DNA of 64,000 nt from an uncultured Nitrospiraceae bacterium (GTDB taxonomy: Bacteria; Nitrospirota; Nitrospiria; Nitrospirales; Nitrospiraceae): NCBI GenBank assembly GCA_963846575.1, contig CAWJWJ010000002.1:2368001-2432000 (forward strand), read 5' to 3'. Both the position numbers and the translations under genes were made by a program. Shown here piece after piece: positions 18,483-28,603 of this stretch. The notes beneath the pieces were generated by a model. That model made no database searches and was not told the DNA's origin. It saw only the letters and a program-made list of their open reading frames with translations. Within the stretch, counting starts at the first letter, position 1. The number at the start of each line of letters is the position of its first letter.

Positions 18483-20071
18483 TGACACGCGGTCGCCCCA
18501 TACCAGTTCGCACTCTCCGACCTACAGCGGTCGCGCTCCTGGTCTCGCACCGTGTTCGATGGTTGTTCCGGTTGGTCATGGTTCTCTTGGCAGGCCTGAC
18601 CACGGCCTCAAGTTTCGCAGGGGCTCCCATCGACGCACCAAGACCCGTTTCGCAGGCCTTGCAGATGATTTCAAGCGACCGCATGTTGTCGGATATCGCC
18701 GCATTGACGGGACCGGGGTTCAACGGACGCCAAACCGGAACCATCGACGACCTGTCCTCGGCGGAGTTCGTTCAGCGCCGGTTCCTGCAACTACTCATGC
18801 AATCCGCACCAGGCTCAGGGGACTCCATGAAGCTCGATCGACCTGCGGACCGTACCCTCATCCAATCCACCGGCGTCCAGCACACGACGATTGCCCCTGA
18901 CCCCATCCTCCGTCCCCTCTCCGCCTCCGACTCTCCGCCCGCCTTGCTCGGCATCGATTACCTCCCGATACTGGACTCCCCCTCCGCAGACATCGAAGCC
19001 CCTCTTGTGTTTACCGGTTACGGAATCTCAGACCCCGCAGAGGGACTCGATGAATACTCAGGAATCGATGTCCGGAACAAGGTGGTCCTGTTCCTTCGGG
19101 GCAAACCCGGAGGCTACGGAAAACAGGTCTCTCACGCAGACAAGGTACGCATCGCTCACGCAAGGGGAGCCATCGGCTATCTGGTGGCGACGGGTCCGAT
19201 CCTGAGTGCGTACGAGACTCGCCGAGGTGTCACAGGCAGGCCAAGCGCCTTTTACGGATTAGTGGAATCGACTGAGGCCATCCCTGGCGCCTGGATCAGC
19301 ACCCCACTTGCCGCAGCCATTTTTGGCGCTCACCAGGGTACCTCCGACCGGCTACAGGCCTCTCAACGGCAGATCAATGAGGCCATGACACCACAATCGG
19401 CGGCACTCGATACAAGCATTATCATGCGCTGGCAGAGCCTGCGGAAAAACGGCACCCTCCATAATGTGGTCTCCATCGTCCCGGGACAGGATGCAACGCA
19501 CCGGCATGAAGCCGTGGTGATCGGCGCCCACCGTGACCATTTTGGGCAACAAGGGGGGCTGCTGTTCGCCGGGGCCGACGATAATGCGTCAGGTACGGCA
19601 GTGTTGCTGGAGGTGGCACGGGCGCTCGCCTCGTCTCCCGCCGGCCGCAAACGTGCGATCGTCCTGGTGTCATTTAGCGGAGAGGAACAGGGGCTGTTGG
19701 GGTCGAAGTTATACGTGTCTCAACCGCTCGTGCCGTTGCCGGCCACCGTGGCGATGATCAACGTGGATCACGCAGGAGTCGGGAACGGGAGACTCACCGT
19801 CGGGGTAACCGGGCTGGATAAAACTACCGCTCAACAGGCGGGACAGCTGGCAGGGCTGGAGGACCGCCTCGACTTGTTTGGCTTCTTTCCCGGCGGAGAT
19901 CACGTGCCGTTCAAAGAGGCCGGCATTCCCACACTCACGGTCGTGAGCAGCGGAGTGCACCCGCATTTCCATCAACCGACCGACAGGGTGGACACGTTGA
20001 CGCCCGAGATTCTCGTCGCAGCCGCGCGATATGTCTTGGCCTTGGCCTGGCAACTCGCCGACGCGCCTTAG
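18482..20071 (+). CDS. M28 family aminopeptidase with PA domain
   Basis: VFTGYGI PA domain, GAHRDH, GADDNASG, GEEQGLLGS, MINVD, DHVPF, FHQPTD; start overlaps upstream stop (TGATG). Confidence 0.9.
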   Translation: MTRGRPIPVRTLRPTAVALLVSHRVRWLFRLVMVLLAGLTTASSFAGAPIDAPRPVSQALQMISSDRMLSDIAALTGPGFNGRQTGTIDDLSSAEFVQRRFLQLLMQSAPGSGDSMKLDRPADRTLIQSTGVQHTTIAPDPILRPLSASDSPPALLGIDYLPILDSPSADIEAPLVFTGYGISDPAEGLDEYSGIDVRNKVVLFLRGKPGGYGKQVSHADKVRIAHARGAIGYLVATGPILSAYETRRGVTGRPSAFYGLVESTEAIPGAWISTPLAAAIFGAHQGTSDRLQASQRQINEAMTPQSAALDTSIIMRWQSLRKNGTLHNVVSIVPGQDATHRHEAVVIGAHRDHFGQQGGLLFAGADDNASGTAVLLEVARALASSPAGRKRAIVLVSFSGEEQGLLGSKLYVSQPLVPLPATVAMINVDHAGVGNGRLTVGVTGLDKTTAQQAGQLAGLEDRLDLFGFFPGGDHVPFKEAGIPTLTVVSSGVHPHFHQPTDRVDTLTPEILVAAARYVLALAWQLADAP

Positions 20072-20139
20072 CGTGGCAAGCCCCCCTTACATGGCCACGA
20101 CCTCAGCCACCGCCCCAAGGCGCCGTCGTGGCCGAGGCG

Positions 20140-22305
20140 TTATTTCACCGAAACGACTTCGACTTGTCCCTTCCGGCGGATCACGGTAATGCCGACGTCG
20201 AAATCATGGCGCCGCAACAACAGATCGACTGAAGCTGTTCCAACTTTCAAATTCTTAATCTGCATCTCACCCACGAATTTCGGCAGGATGGGGTGATAAA
20301 AGACCACCTTGCGCTCAGAGGCGAGGATGGTCAATCCGAGGCAAGCTTGAAGCGCCATGAATGCCGAACCGGCCGCCCAGGCCTGAGGATTACAGGCCAC
20401 GGGATACCGCGTCAGCCCTTGACCAGGTCGGCGGACGAATCCGCAGAACAGTTCCGGCAATCGATGAAAGTCGAGGACCAGACTGACATCGAATAGGCCC
20501 GTCATCACCTTCTCAACCTCAGTCTTAAGGCCATATCGAGCCAGGCCAAGAGCGATCATGGCGTTGTCGTGAGGCCAGACGGATCCGTTGTGATAGGACA
20601 TCGGATTATACCGTCGTTCGGAATCGGCAAGGGTCCGAATCCCCCACCCACTGAACATCTCATCAGACATGAGCGTCTCAGCCAGTCGCCTGGCGTGCTC
20701 CTCTGTCGCGATTCCGGTATAGAGGCAGTGTCCCGCGTTAGACGTTTTGATCCGACAAGGCCGCTTACGGCCGTCCAGGGCAAGAGCATAGGTGGAAAGA
20801 TCGTCGCACCAGAACGCCTCTTCAAAACGCTCCCGTAAACTAGAGGCCTGCTGCTGCAGCTCGTTGGATCGATCCGCATACCCGAGGGCAGCCGCGAGTT
20901 TGGAGGCCTGCAACTTCGCGTCATACACGTACCCTTGCACTTCACAGAGGGCGATCGGACCTTCAGCCATAGAACCGTCTTCGTGCGAAATCGAATCGTG
21001 GGAGTCTTTCCAGCCTTGGTTGTCCAGACCCGTGGGTGACTTCCGTACATATTCGAGAAAACCGTCTCGATCGGGATCACCAAACGTATCCATCCAGGTC
21101 AAGGCCGCCTCGATATTGGCCCAAATGGACTGCACGAATGCCAGATCCGCCGTCCGCTCATAGTAGGCACCGGCCAGCATGACGAACAATGGAGTGGAGT
21201 CGACGCTACCATAATAGACTCCGAACGGAATCTCCCCCAGAGTCGCCATTTCGCCCATGCGCGTCTCGTGGAGAATCTTTCCGGGTTCGGCGTCTTGGGC
21301 TGGATTCACCTCGGTGGCCTGCGAGGACGCGAGATAGGCCAGGACCCCGCGTGCCAATGCCGGCCTGATCCACAAACACTCCATGGCGGTGATAATGCCG
21401 TCCCGCCCGAACGGCGTACTGAACCAGGGCACCCCCGCGTAGGGATAGGGACCGTCCTTCGTGTCCGTGACCATCATGCACACATCCAGTAACGAACGGT
21501 TCCACCAGGCATTAAACTGAGCGTTCGAGGTTTGAATGGTGCAGTCCTGTGTCTGCTCAGTGCCAAAGGCCAATCCCGCCTCAGCCATCGCCGCATCGTA
21601 GGCCAAGAACGTTCTGGAGTCTTGCGAGAGATCGCAGGCCACAATGACCGCTACGGCCGCCTCACCCTTCGGATCAAGTTCGATCTCAAAAGTCGCCTGG
21701 GAAGCCGTGATCTCCCGGGGCGTGGGCGTGAACTGAACCCTGGTTTCCCTGGTCACCTCATCAAGCCCTTCATACCGCAACACCAGCAAATCTTTCTCCA
21801 GGACATTCGGCAACAGCGTCCCCTTGCGCTCTCGCTTTTTGCCGCGCACCTCAAAGATATCCGCGAAATCAGCCTCAAACCGGATCGAGAGGGTCATTTT
21901 GACCGGCGCCAGACTATAGTTGGAGAGGCGAAACCGCTCATAGCTCACCCCGTTCCAGAGAAAGCGCGACCGAAACACATGGACGCTGCCGCGCGGAATC
22001 GCGATGCGACCATCCCGATACAAATCCGGATTCGTGAGGTCCACGGCCAACAAGGCGTTGTCTTCTTTCACCATGGAACTCAGCAGCATCGGGCGGTCGT
22101 TATTCAGAAACAGTTCCTGTCGCGATAAGAACCGCGTCCCTTGGTGGAACAATCCCTGGGATCCCCGGCCCAGCGGTTGTATGTCGCCGTAGCGATCAAA
22201 CACCCCGAACGTCTCCCCATGCTTCAGGACGCGTGTGCGGTCATCCGCCATCGACGAACTGGCCAAGATATAAAATCGATCATTAACGTTAATGATATCT
22301 TCCAC
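20140..22305 (-). CDS. Amylo-alpha-1,6-glucosidase / glycogen-debranching-like glycoside hydrolase
   Basis: AGVPWFSTPFGRDG, EPGKILHE, YYGSVDST, NQGWKDS, YHNGSVWPHD, RLPELFCG, PQAWA; GTG start with GGAGG SD. Confidence 0.9.
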   Translation of the reverse strand: MEDIINVNDRFYILASSSMADDRTRVLKHGETFGVFDRYGDIQPLGRGSQGLFHQGTRFLSRQELFLNNDRPMLLSSMVKEDNALLAVDLTNPDLYRDGRIAIPRGSVHVFRSRFLWNGVSYERFRLSNYSLAPVKMTLSIRFEADFADIFEVRGKKRERKGTLLPNVLEKDLLVLRYEGLDEVTRETRVQFTPTPREITASQATFEIELDPKGEAAVAVIVACDLSQDSRTFLAYDAAMAEAGLAFGTEQTQDCTIQTSNAQFNAWWNRSLLDVCMMVTDTKDGPYPYAGVPWFSTPFGRDGIITAMECLWIRPALARGVLAYLASSQATEVNPAQDAEPGKILHETRMGEMATLGEIPFGVYYGSVDSTPLFVMLAGAYYERTADLAFVQSIWANIEAALTWMDTFGDPDRDGFLEYVRKSPTGLDNQGWKDSHDSISHEDGSMAEGPIALCEVQGYVYDAKLQASKLAAALGYADRSNELQQQASSLRERFEEAFWCDDLSTYALALDGRKRPCRIKTSNAGHCLYTGIATEEHARRLAETLMSDEMFSGWGIRTLADSERRYNPMSYHNGSVWPHDNAMIALGLARYGLKTEVEKVMTGLFDVSLVLDFHRLPELFCGFVRRPGQGLTRYPVACNPQAWAAGSAFMALQACLGLTILASERKVVFYHPILPKFVGEMQIKNLKVGTASVDLLLRRHDFDVGITVIRRKGQVEVVSVK

Positions 22306-22431
22306 GTATTCCTCCCGCCATCTCGGGCTCATCCACGAAACGCATGACAGCCGCTCCGGCGATTCGCCCTATGGCCTGATATCTCTCCATCTGTGGTGTC
22401 CTTCGCGGAGCCACCCGGATCATCCACCGAT

Positions 22432-23772
22432 TCAATGACTCATGGGTTGTGTGACCATCTCAATGGGAGGTTCCGCCTCTTCCAACTCTTGAGGCTTCAC
22501 CTCCGTCCAATTAGTCCGTATCCAACGTACGACGCGCAGGGAAACCAGCGCTGAGAGGAGGAGTCCCACCCCAATGCCAAAGACACTGGGCCGTTCTCCA
22601 AACTCTTGCGTCACCCAGCCAAATATCGTCATGCCGGCAATGGCCGAAGTCATGGCTCCGAGATTGTAGATTGCGAGCACCCGCCCTAACAGGGAGGTCG
22701 GGGCAATTTCCTGCAATACCCCCCACGCGACCGGCGTCAGCGTCCCGGCCCCCATGCCGATGATGACCATTAAGCCCGCCGCCACCAGCCGGTTCGAGGT
22801 CATAATCAATCCGAACAGCGCCAGTCCGCTGATGGCACTGGACAATGCCATGAGCTGGATGCGCTGAGGGAGTGCTCGGGCGGACAGGGACACCAGCCCG
22901 AGCGATACCAATAGGAGCCCGACCCCGAAGGCGGACCATAGATACCCGACTTCGATCGGGCCCAGGTCGAGCAGCCTCTTCCCGAAGACAGGAAAGAGGG
23001 TGCTGAATGCGCTCGTTGCAAAGGTATACATTGAGGCGGCGCCAATCAACATCAGAATGATCCGCTGGCGACGGAACACATAATGAAATCCAGCCACGAC
23101 ATCGCGGAACGTCCCGGCCAGCGAGGCCTCGCCTGCCTGGACCGGTTCTGCGGATGGAAACCTGATAAACAGAAAACAAGCGGCCGAGATCACGTAGCTG
23201 ACCGCGTTCACGCACAACACTTCCTGGGAGCTCATGGTGGCAATCCCCACTCCGCTCAGCGCCGGTCCGAGGATGATGCCGATGCTGGTCGTCGTTTGGA
23301 GCAGCGCATTCGCCGCAGTGAATTCATGCCGGGAGACGAGCGAGGGGATTGCTGCAGTCAACGCGGGACCGAACACCGCCGAGGCGACGGCATGCACGAA
23401 CACAAGGAGGTAGAGCCGCTCGATACTGAACGCCTCCACGGGTATCAGGCAGGGAATAACGCCCAGAACGACGGCGCGAATTAGATCGCTGCTGATCAAA
23501 AGGAGTTTTTTGGGTACACGATCGACGACCACGCCGATGAAGGGGCCGAATAAGATGGGCGGCAAGGTCTGCAGCAGCCCGATCATCGTCGTCTTAAGGG
23601 GAGAGCCCGTGATGGCATAGACAAACCAGAGCAGGGCGAGCTTGGACACACCATCGCCGACCTGTGAGACCATCTGGCCCCACCAGACCAGTGTGAAATC
23701 GCGCGTCAAGAGCTGCGGCGACCACTTTACGTTCGGACGTCCTGCCTCTCCCCTGATAGGCTGTGTCTTCAT
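22432..23772 (-). CDS. MFS transporter (DHA3/EntS-like)
   Basis: About 12 TM segments; GQMVSQVGD, GVVVDRVPKK motif A, LLGRV. Confidence 0.88.
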   Translation of the reverse strand: MKTQPIRGEAGRPNVKWSPQLLTRDFTLVWWGQMVSQVGDGVSKLALLWFVYAITGSPLKTTMIGLLQTLPPILFGPFIGVVVDRVPKKLLLISSDLIRAVVLGVIPCLIPVEAFSIERLYLLVFVHAVASAVFGPALTAAIPSLVSRHEFTAANALLQTTTSIGIILGPALSGVGIATMSSQEVLCVNAVSYVISAACFLFIRFPSAEPVQAGEASLAGTFRDVVAGFHYVFRRQRIILMLIGAASMYTFATSAFSTLFPVFGKRLLDLGPIEVGYLWSAFGVGLLLVSLGLVSLSARALPQRIQLMALSSAISGLALFGLIMTSNRLVAAGLMVIIGMGAGTLTPVAWGVLQEIAPTSLLGRVLAIYNLGAMTSAIAGMTIFGWVTQEFGERPSVFGIGVGLLLSALVSLRVVRWIRTNWTEVKPQELEEAEPPIEMVTQPMSH

Positions 23773-23827
23773 ACGCTCAGCGGACCGGCTGGCGAGTTCC
23801 CTCTGTCGATCAGGTCATGCAATGATC

Positions 23828-25045
23828 CTAGTCCCCCACGACCAATCGCACTGCATCGGTGATGACGGCCCGCACACCCGGAACCTGTCGGGCAGCCTGG
23901 GCCGCTTCCAGGACAATGACTTGAAACCGCGTATTCCCGCTGAGCGTGACAATACCGTCCTCGGTTTTTACATCGAATTTGACAGATTGCAAGGTTTTGC
24001 TTTTCTCAAACCGCTCTTTCACCAGTTGAGTGAGGGTCTTGTCTCGATCTGCGACAAGACCATGCATGGCATCCGCCTCGACTTTCAGGCGATTGTCTAC
24101 TGCATGGACGCCCTCAAGACATCGCACAATTTCCGTGGCCACCTTCTTGTCAGATTCCTGAGACACCTTCCCCAGTAACACAAGGTCCTTGTCCCTGGCA
24201 TCCACCTCTATTTCATAGGGAAAGAGTCTGGGATCAGCCATGAGCGCAAGCTTGGCGGTTACCATGGGGGAACGAAGCGGTTTCTTCGGTTCGCTCTCTG
24301 CTGCCTTGGGGCGGTCTCCCGCACCATTGTCGCCGGATGGGGCGGGCGTATCGTTCGTGCTCTTCGGCTCTGCCGATTGGGCCGCGGGAGGACAGGGATT
24401 CTCAGGCGGCATCGGTGCATCCTTGAGTTTCGACTCCCCGTCTTTCGGTTTTGATTCCGAATCTTTTGTCTTCTCGGACTCCTTCGCTTTCACGGGGGAA
24501 TCCTTCGGCTTCGACTCGGGCTCTTTGGTCCTGCCCTCGCTCTCCTTTGGTTTGGCCTCCGCGTCTTTCGGTTTCGCTTCCGTTTCTTTTGGCTTCTCGG
24601 ACTGGTTGGACTTGACGGAAGGTTCCTTCGGTTTTAACTCTGGCTCCTTGGACTTGCTCTCGGTCTCCTTCGGTTTCGCCTCCGCGTCTTTCGGTTTCGC
24701 TTCCGTCTCTTTCACCTTCTCAGACTCTTTGGCCTTAGCCGGGGAATCTTTCGGTTTCACCTCCGGCTCCTTGGGCTTGGTCTCGGTCTCCTTGGGTTTG
24801 GCCTCACCCTCTTTGGGTCTGACCTCACTCTCCTTTGGTTTTTGCTCGACCGGCTTGGAGTCAGCGTCAGGTTTGGAATCCGGCTCTTTCGGCTTCACTT
24901 CCGGGTCTTTCGATGGCTGCGCCGGGGGAGACTCAAGTTTGGCGTCCGACGTCGAATCAGCAGCCGTCGCAACTACTCCTGTGCCGATCAGCAACCCTGC
25001 CAGTGTCAGTACTCCGACCAGAGGAACAGACTGAGTCATCCACAT
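23828..25045 (-). CDS. Exported double-BON (OsmY-like) protein with long Lys/Glu/Pro repeat linker
   Basis: Signal/TM segment, repeat tract, then two BON domains (VLLGKV...GVHAVDNRL; VTLSG...VPGVRAV); GAGG SD before ATG at 25045. Confidence 0.82.
   Translation of the reverse strand: MWMTQSVPLVGVLTLAGLLIGTGVVATAADSTSDAKLESPPAQPSKDPEVKPKEPDSKPDADSKPVEQKPKESEVRPKEGEAKPKETETKPKEPEVKPKDSPAKAKESEKVKETEAKPKDAEAKPKETESKSKEPELKPKEPSVKSNQSEKPKETEAKPKDAEAKPKESEGRTKEPESKPKDSPVKAKESEKTKDSESKPKDGESKLKDAPMPPENPCPPAAQSAEPKSTNDTPAPSGDNGAGDRPKAAESEPKKPLRSPMVTAKLALMADPRLFPYEIEVDARDKDLVLLGKVSQESDKKVATEIVRCLEGVHAVDNRLKVEADAMHGLVADRDKTLTQLVKERFEKSKTLQSVKFDVKTEDGIVTLSGNTRFQVIVLEAAQAARQVPGVRAVITDAVRLVVGD
24420..24910 (-). 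repeat. Degenerate 21-bp (7-aa KPK[ED]xEx) tandem repeat with a 123-bp (41-aa) higher-order unit
   Basis: GCCTCCGCGTCTTTCGGTTTCGCTTCCGT occurs at 24555 and 24678; KETEAKPKDAEAKPKE occurs twice in the protein; boundaries approximate. Confidence 0.85.
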
Positions 25046-25264
25046 AGGCCCCTCATATGTTGAATTAGACCGCGACTGCAAGGCTGACTACGAGCACACA
25101 TCCTGATCGTTGAAGGAGGAGACGAACGCCTCCAGAAGAAAGACATACGCGAGGCACGGGGATAAAGCAACTTCTGCAAAACCCACAACAAGCGATACAG
25201 CAATACCCTAGCGCGAGGCGCTTCCGCTGTGACCTCGATGTGCCAAAATAATGGGAAGCGAAGG

Positions 25265-26548
25265 TTACGCGGCCAGCGGTCTCACAGCCATCTCACGGCG
25301 GCTGACCTGAACCGTGACCACGGCAGTGAGCAAGAGAAGGAGTCCGATTCCGACAAGACACACGGCAGGACCCAAGGCATCGGCAGCCCATCCGAATCCC
25401 ACCATCCCGACCATTGCGGAGGCCATTCCCCCCGTGCTGAACGTGGTAAATACTCGACCCAAGAGATGTTCCGGGGTGACTTCCTGAAGCATGGCCCAGA
25501 CCACTGGATAGAAAAGCGACGTGCTGCCTCCGATTACGACGATTAAAAGAAACGTGCTGAACAACACCGGCGTTTGGATCAGCCCCAACGCACAGACCGC
25601 GACACCGCCGATCGCCAGAGAGCGGCCGATTTTCACGACACGATCCTGGAATGAGCCTTGGGGAGTCCTGGCAAGCCAAATGGAGGCCCCTAGCATTCCG
25701 ATACCCAATGCCGACCACAACCAGCCCAGTTCCATAGGACCAACCTGCAACAGTTCCTTCGCCACCACGGGGAGGAGGAACACAAAGGCGCTGATCGCAA
25801 GGTTGTACAGCACCGCCGTCACCATCAGCGAGAACACGACCCGATGCTGTAGGAACACAAAACGAAACCCAACCATCATGTCCTGAATGACCGGAGTCGA
25901 GAGGGCCTGCAATCCCTTCACCACACGATTGTCTCGCACACGAATCGGCAGGAGGAACAGCGCAGACACCAGGAAGGTTGCCGCGTCTACGTACAACACA
26001 TTTTGAGCCCCGATCAGTGCGATACCGAGTCCGCTCATGGCCGGGCCAAGCAATACCCCGATATTCGTGGTGCTCTGAAGAAATGCGTTCGCGGACGTAA
26101 GTTGCGACCGATGGACAATCAGCGGAACCGCGGAGGCCAGAGCCGGCCCGAATATGGTGGAAACGATCGAGATGAGAAACACCAAGACGTATAAGCGTTC
26201 CAGCGTCAGCATATCAAACGTATAGAAGAGCGGTATCAGCAGCACCATCAACGTTCGTAGGAGGTCTACCACAATCATGACGGTTTTCTTGGGCAGACAA
26301 TCGAGGTAGACGCCGATCAGCGGGCCGAACACTAAGGGTGGGATGGTTTGCAGGAGCCCAATGGCCGTCATTTTAAGGGCTGACCCGGTCATCTCATAGA
26401 CGAACCAGAGCAGTGCAACTTTGCTGAGTCCATCGCCGATCTGTGAGACGACCTGGCCGGCCCACAGGCACCCGAAATCGCGGGTTCCCAGCATCCGCCA
26501 CCCGGGCGCATCGGTCCCGCCGGAATCAGATTGCAACTCGTCTGCCAT
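25265..26548 (-). CDS. MFS transporter (DHA3/EntS-like), paralog of 22432..23772
   Basis: RDFGCLWAGQVVSQIGDGLSKVALLWFVY versus RDFTLVWWGQMVSQVGDGVSKLALLWFVY. Confidence 0.88.
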   Translation of the reverse strand: MADELQSDSGGTDAPGWRMLGTRDFGCLWAGQVVSQIGDGLSKVALLWFVYEMTGSALKMTAIGLLQTIPPLVFGPLIGVYLDCLPKKTVMIVVDLLRTLMVLLIPLFYTFDMLTLERLYVLVFLISIVSTIFGPALASAVPLIVHRSQLTSANAFLQSTTNIGVLLGPAMSGLGIALIGAQNVLYVDAATFLVSALFLLPIRVRDNRVVKGLQALSTPVIQDMMVGFRFVFLQHRVVFSLMVTAVLYNLAISAFVFLLPVVAKELLQVGPMELGWLWSALGIGMLGASIWLARTPQGSFQDRVVKIGRSLAIGGVAVCALGLIQTPVLFSTFLLIVVIGGSTSLFYPVVWAMLQEVTPEHLLGRVFTTFSTGGMASAMVGMVGFGWAADALGPAVCLVGIGLLLLLTAVVTVQVSRREMAVRPLAA

Positions 26549-26582
26549 GCTTGTCCTTCCGCGAGGGGTGAGATCGCGCTGC

Positions 26583-27656
26583 CTAGAGGTTCGAAGCGTG
26601 TTGCTGTCCCGGTGCGGCGGGGAGTGCCGCAGCGTCCGTGATCAATTGCTGATACATCTTCACATAGTCGTCCGTCATCCGCTGGGCGGTAAAGCGCTCA
26701 TCGAAGACCTGACGACAACGATGACGATCGATTGTAGTGAGCTTCTCGACTTGGGTGACCATTTCATCAAGATTTTCACTTATGAATCCCGTGGTGCCAT
26801 GGCCGATGATTTCAGGAATCGACCCACGCCGGTAGGCCAGGACGGGAGTACCACAGGCGAGACTCTCGATTAATACCAGGCCGAACGGTTCCGGCCAGTC
26901 ATAGGGACAGACGAGTCCGATCGCATTTCCGATAAATTCACTTTTTTGCGCGTCGGTGATTTCCCCCACAAATTCAATCAAGGGATGGTCCAGGAGCGGC
27001 TCTACGACTCGCTCGAAATACGCGCGATCGGCCGGATCGACTTTGGCAGCCATCTTCAGCGGCAGTCCGACGCGCTTCGCCAACTCGATGGCCTGGTCCG
27101 GACATTTTTCAGGCGAGACCCGCCCGAGAAAGGCAAGGTATTTGCCCGGCTCTGCGTTAAACGTATAGAGGTTTTTCGGTAACCCGTGATAGACGGTGTT
27201 CTGCCAGTTGCAGAAGGCCAACGGACGTCGTTGCGAATTGGAAATCGACACCAGGGGCAATTCGGCGAACTCACGGAAGACCGGCACGAGTTCAGGCAAA
27301 TCCAACCGGCCGTGGAGCGTCGTCACGACGGGCACCCGACATCGACGAGAGAGAGAGAAGGAAAGAAAATCAAGATGCGAATGGATAATATCGAACTGGT
27401 CAGCGGCACAGAAGACCTGTTCCATCATATGAATGAGAGGCGCTTCACGATTGAAAATACCCGTATTCAAACGAAGCGCCTGCTGACAGGGTGCCTCCAA
27501 CTTGGCCCGCGTGACCGAATCACCGCTGGCGAACAACGTCACCTCGTGCCCCTGCCGGACAAGTTCTTCCGTCAGGTAGGAGACGATGCGCTCCGTTCCT
27601 CCGTACAGCTTCGGAGGGACACTTTCCCAAAGCGGTGACACCTGGGCAATTCTCAT
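26583..27656 (-). CDS. Glycosyltransferase family 4
   Basis: PPKLYGGTE, TTLHG, FLGRVSPEK, EPFGLVLIESLACGTPV (EX7E). Confidence 0.92.
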   Translation of the reverse strand: MRIAQVSPLWESVPPKLYGGTERIVSYLTEELVRQGHEVTLFASGDSVTRAKLEAPCQQALRLNTGIFNREAPLIHMMEQVFCAADQFDIIHSHLDFLSFSLSRRCRVPVVTTLHGRLDLPELVPVFREFAELPLVSISNSQRRPLAFCNWQNTVYHGLPKNLYTFNAEPGKYLAFLGRVSPEKCPDQAIELAKRVGLPLKMAAKVDPADRAYFERVVEPLLDHPLIEFVGEITDAQKSEFIGNAIGLVCPYDWPEPFGLVLIESLACGTPVLAYRRGSIPEIIGHGTTGFISENLDEMVTQVEKLTTIDRHRCRQVFDERFTAQRMTDDYVKMYQQLITDAAALPAAPGQQHASNL

Positions 27657-27863
27657 CTCAGCAATCTCCTTCTGCTCTCAGTCTTAAAGCACTCAGCGAT
27701 CACTAGCGCAGGGGGAGTTTGAACCCCAGACCTGCCCAATGTTCTTGCTCTGCATTCTTTCTATTTTGCAGTTTTGATTCAATTGACATCTTTGACACGG
27801 GCGTATTGTTTTTGTCGTCTTGATTAGGTATGGCGTCGTACTCTTGATGAGGATCTCATGTAA

Positions 27864-27879
27864 AGCAAACAGCATACCC
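27864..27879 (-). promoter_or_regulatory. Candidate sigma54 -24/-12 promoter for the GT4 cluster
   Basis: Minus strand GGGTATGCTGTTTGCT (GG-N10-GC with TTTGC), about 210 bp upstream of the GT4 start in an AT-rich spacer. Confidence 0.45.
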
Positions 27880-28097
27880 AGATCAGGTGATCCCGAACGA
27901 CGTTATATGATCTGAGCAAAACAGATAGTGATTCAATGGCTTCTGCGCTGGGATCGGCGGGTATCCGGGGCTTAGGCGGGAGACAAAGCCGCTGTGAATT
28001 CTGTTGATAAGTCTGCCGGCGAGAGCGGATGGGTGTGACAAGGTTGCTCCAGCCGTCCAAACCGCCACAGATTTTTCGGTTGCCGACAAGAGATGGA

Positions 28098-28559
28098 TCA
28101 GGGAATGTCATCCAGGATGGTGGACTGAATGGGAGGCAGAGGAGCCGTTTCTCGTGGCGACGGAGGAAAGACCAAGGGGGAGCCGGCTTGATTCGCGCCC
28201 TGAATCAAGCCAATCGACAATTGAGGACCCAGAGTCATCATCGCTCCGCTCCAGAACTGCCCTGTGGTGGGATTACGAAAATTGTAAGATTCGAAATTGT
28301 TCCCGAAGTTGTAGATGTACCCCTGCGTGCCCTGATTATCCACATAGAGATTCCCCGGTCCCACGAGGCCGAAGAGCGGAGCAACCCCTCCCCCAAGTCC
28401 TCGTACCCCCGAGACTGACTGGGCCGCCGAGGAGAGCGGCCAAAGGATCATCCCGCAGGCGATGATCCACGACCACAACGTCATCCGACACACAGTCATG
28501 CCCCGTCCCTTCAGCATGGACAGCAATCTCCGTTTATGGTACCACCCCAGCACCATCAC
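28098..28559 (-). CDS. Hypothetical exported protein
   Basis: Signal-peptide-like WSWIIACGMILWPLSSAAQS then Gly/Asn/Tyr-rich domain; start uncertain. Confidence 0.6.
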   Translation of the reverse strand: MMVLGWYHKRRLLSMLKGRGMTVCRMTLWSWIIACGMILWPLSSAAQSVSGVRGLGGGVAPLFGLVGPGNLYVDNQGTQGYIYNFGNNFESYNFRNPTTGQFWSGAMMTLGPQLSIGLIQGANQAGSPLVFPPSPRETAPLPPIQSTILDDIP

Positions 28560-28603
28560 AGGTGAGTATGGCGCAACCCAGACATCGCATCAAGGAGTTT
28601 GTT

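Noticed and set aside
24420..24910. CRISPR-like or non-coding array
   Set aside because: Repeats are degenerate, contiguous, in-frame coding units with no spacers and no cas genes.
27705..27735. tRNA-like T-arm on the minus strand (GGGGTTCAAACTCCCC)
   Set aside because: The loop is 8 nt rather than 7 and no D arm, anticodon arm or acceptor stem can be built; not a tRNA.
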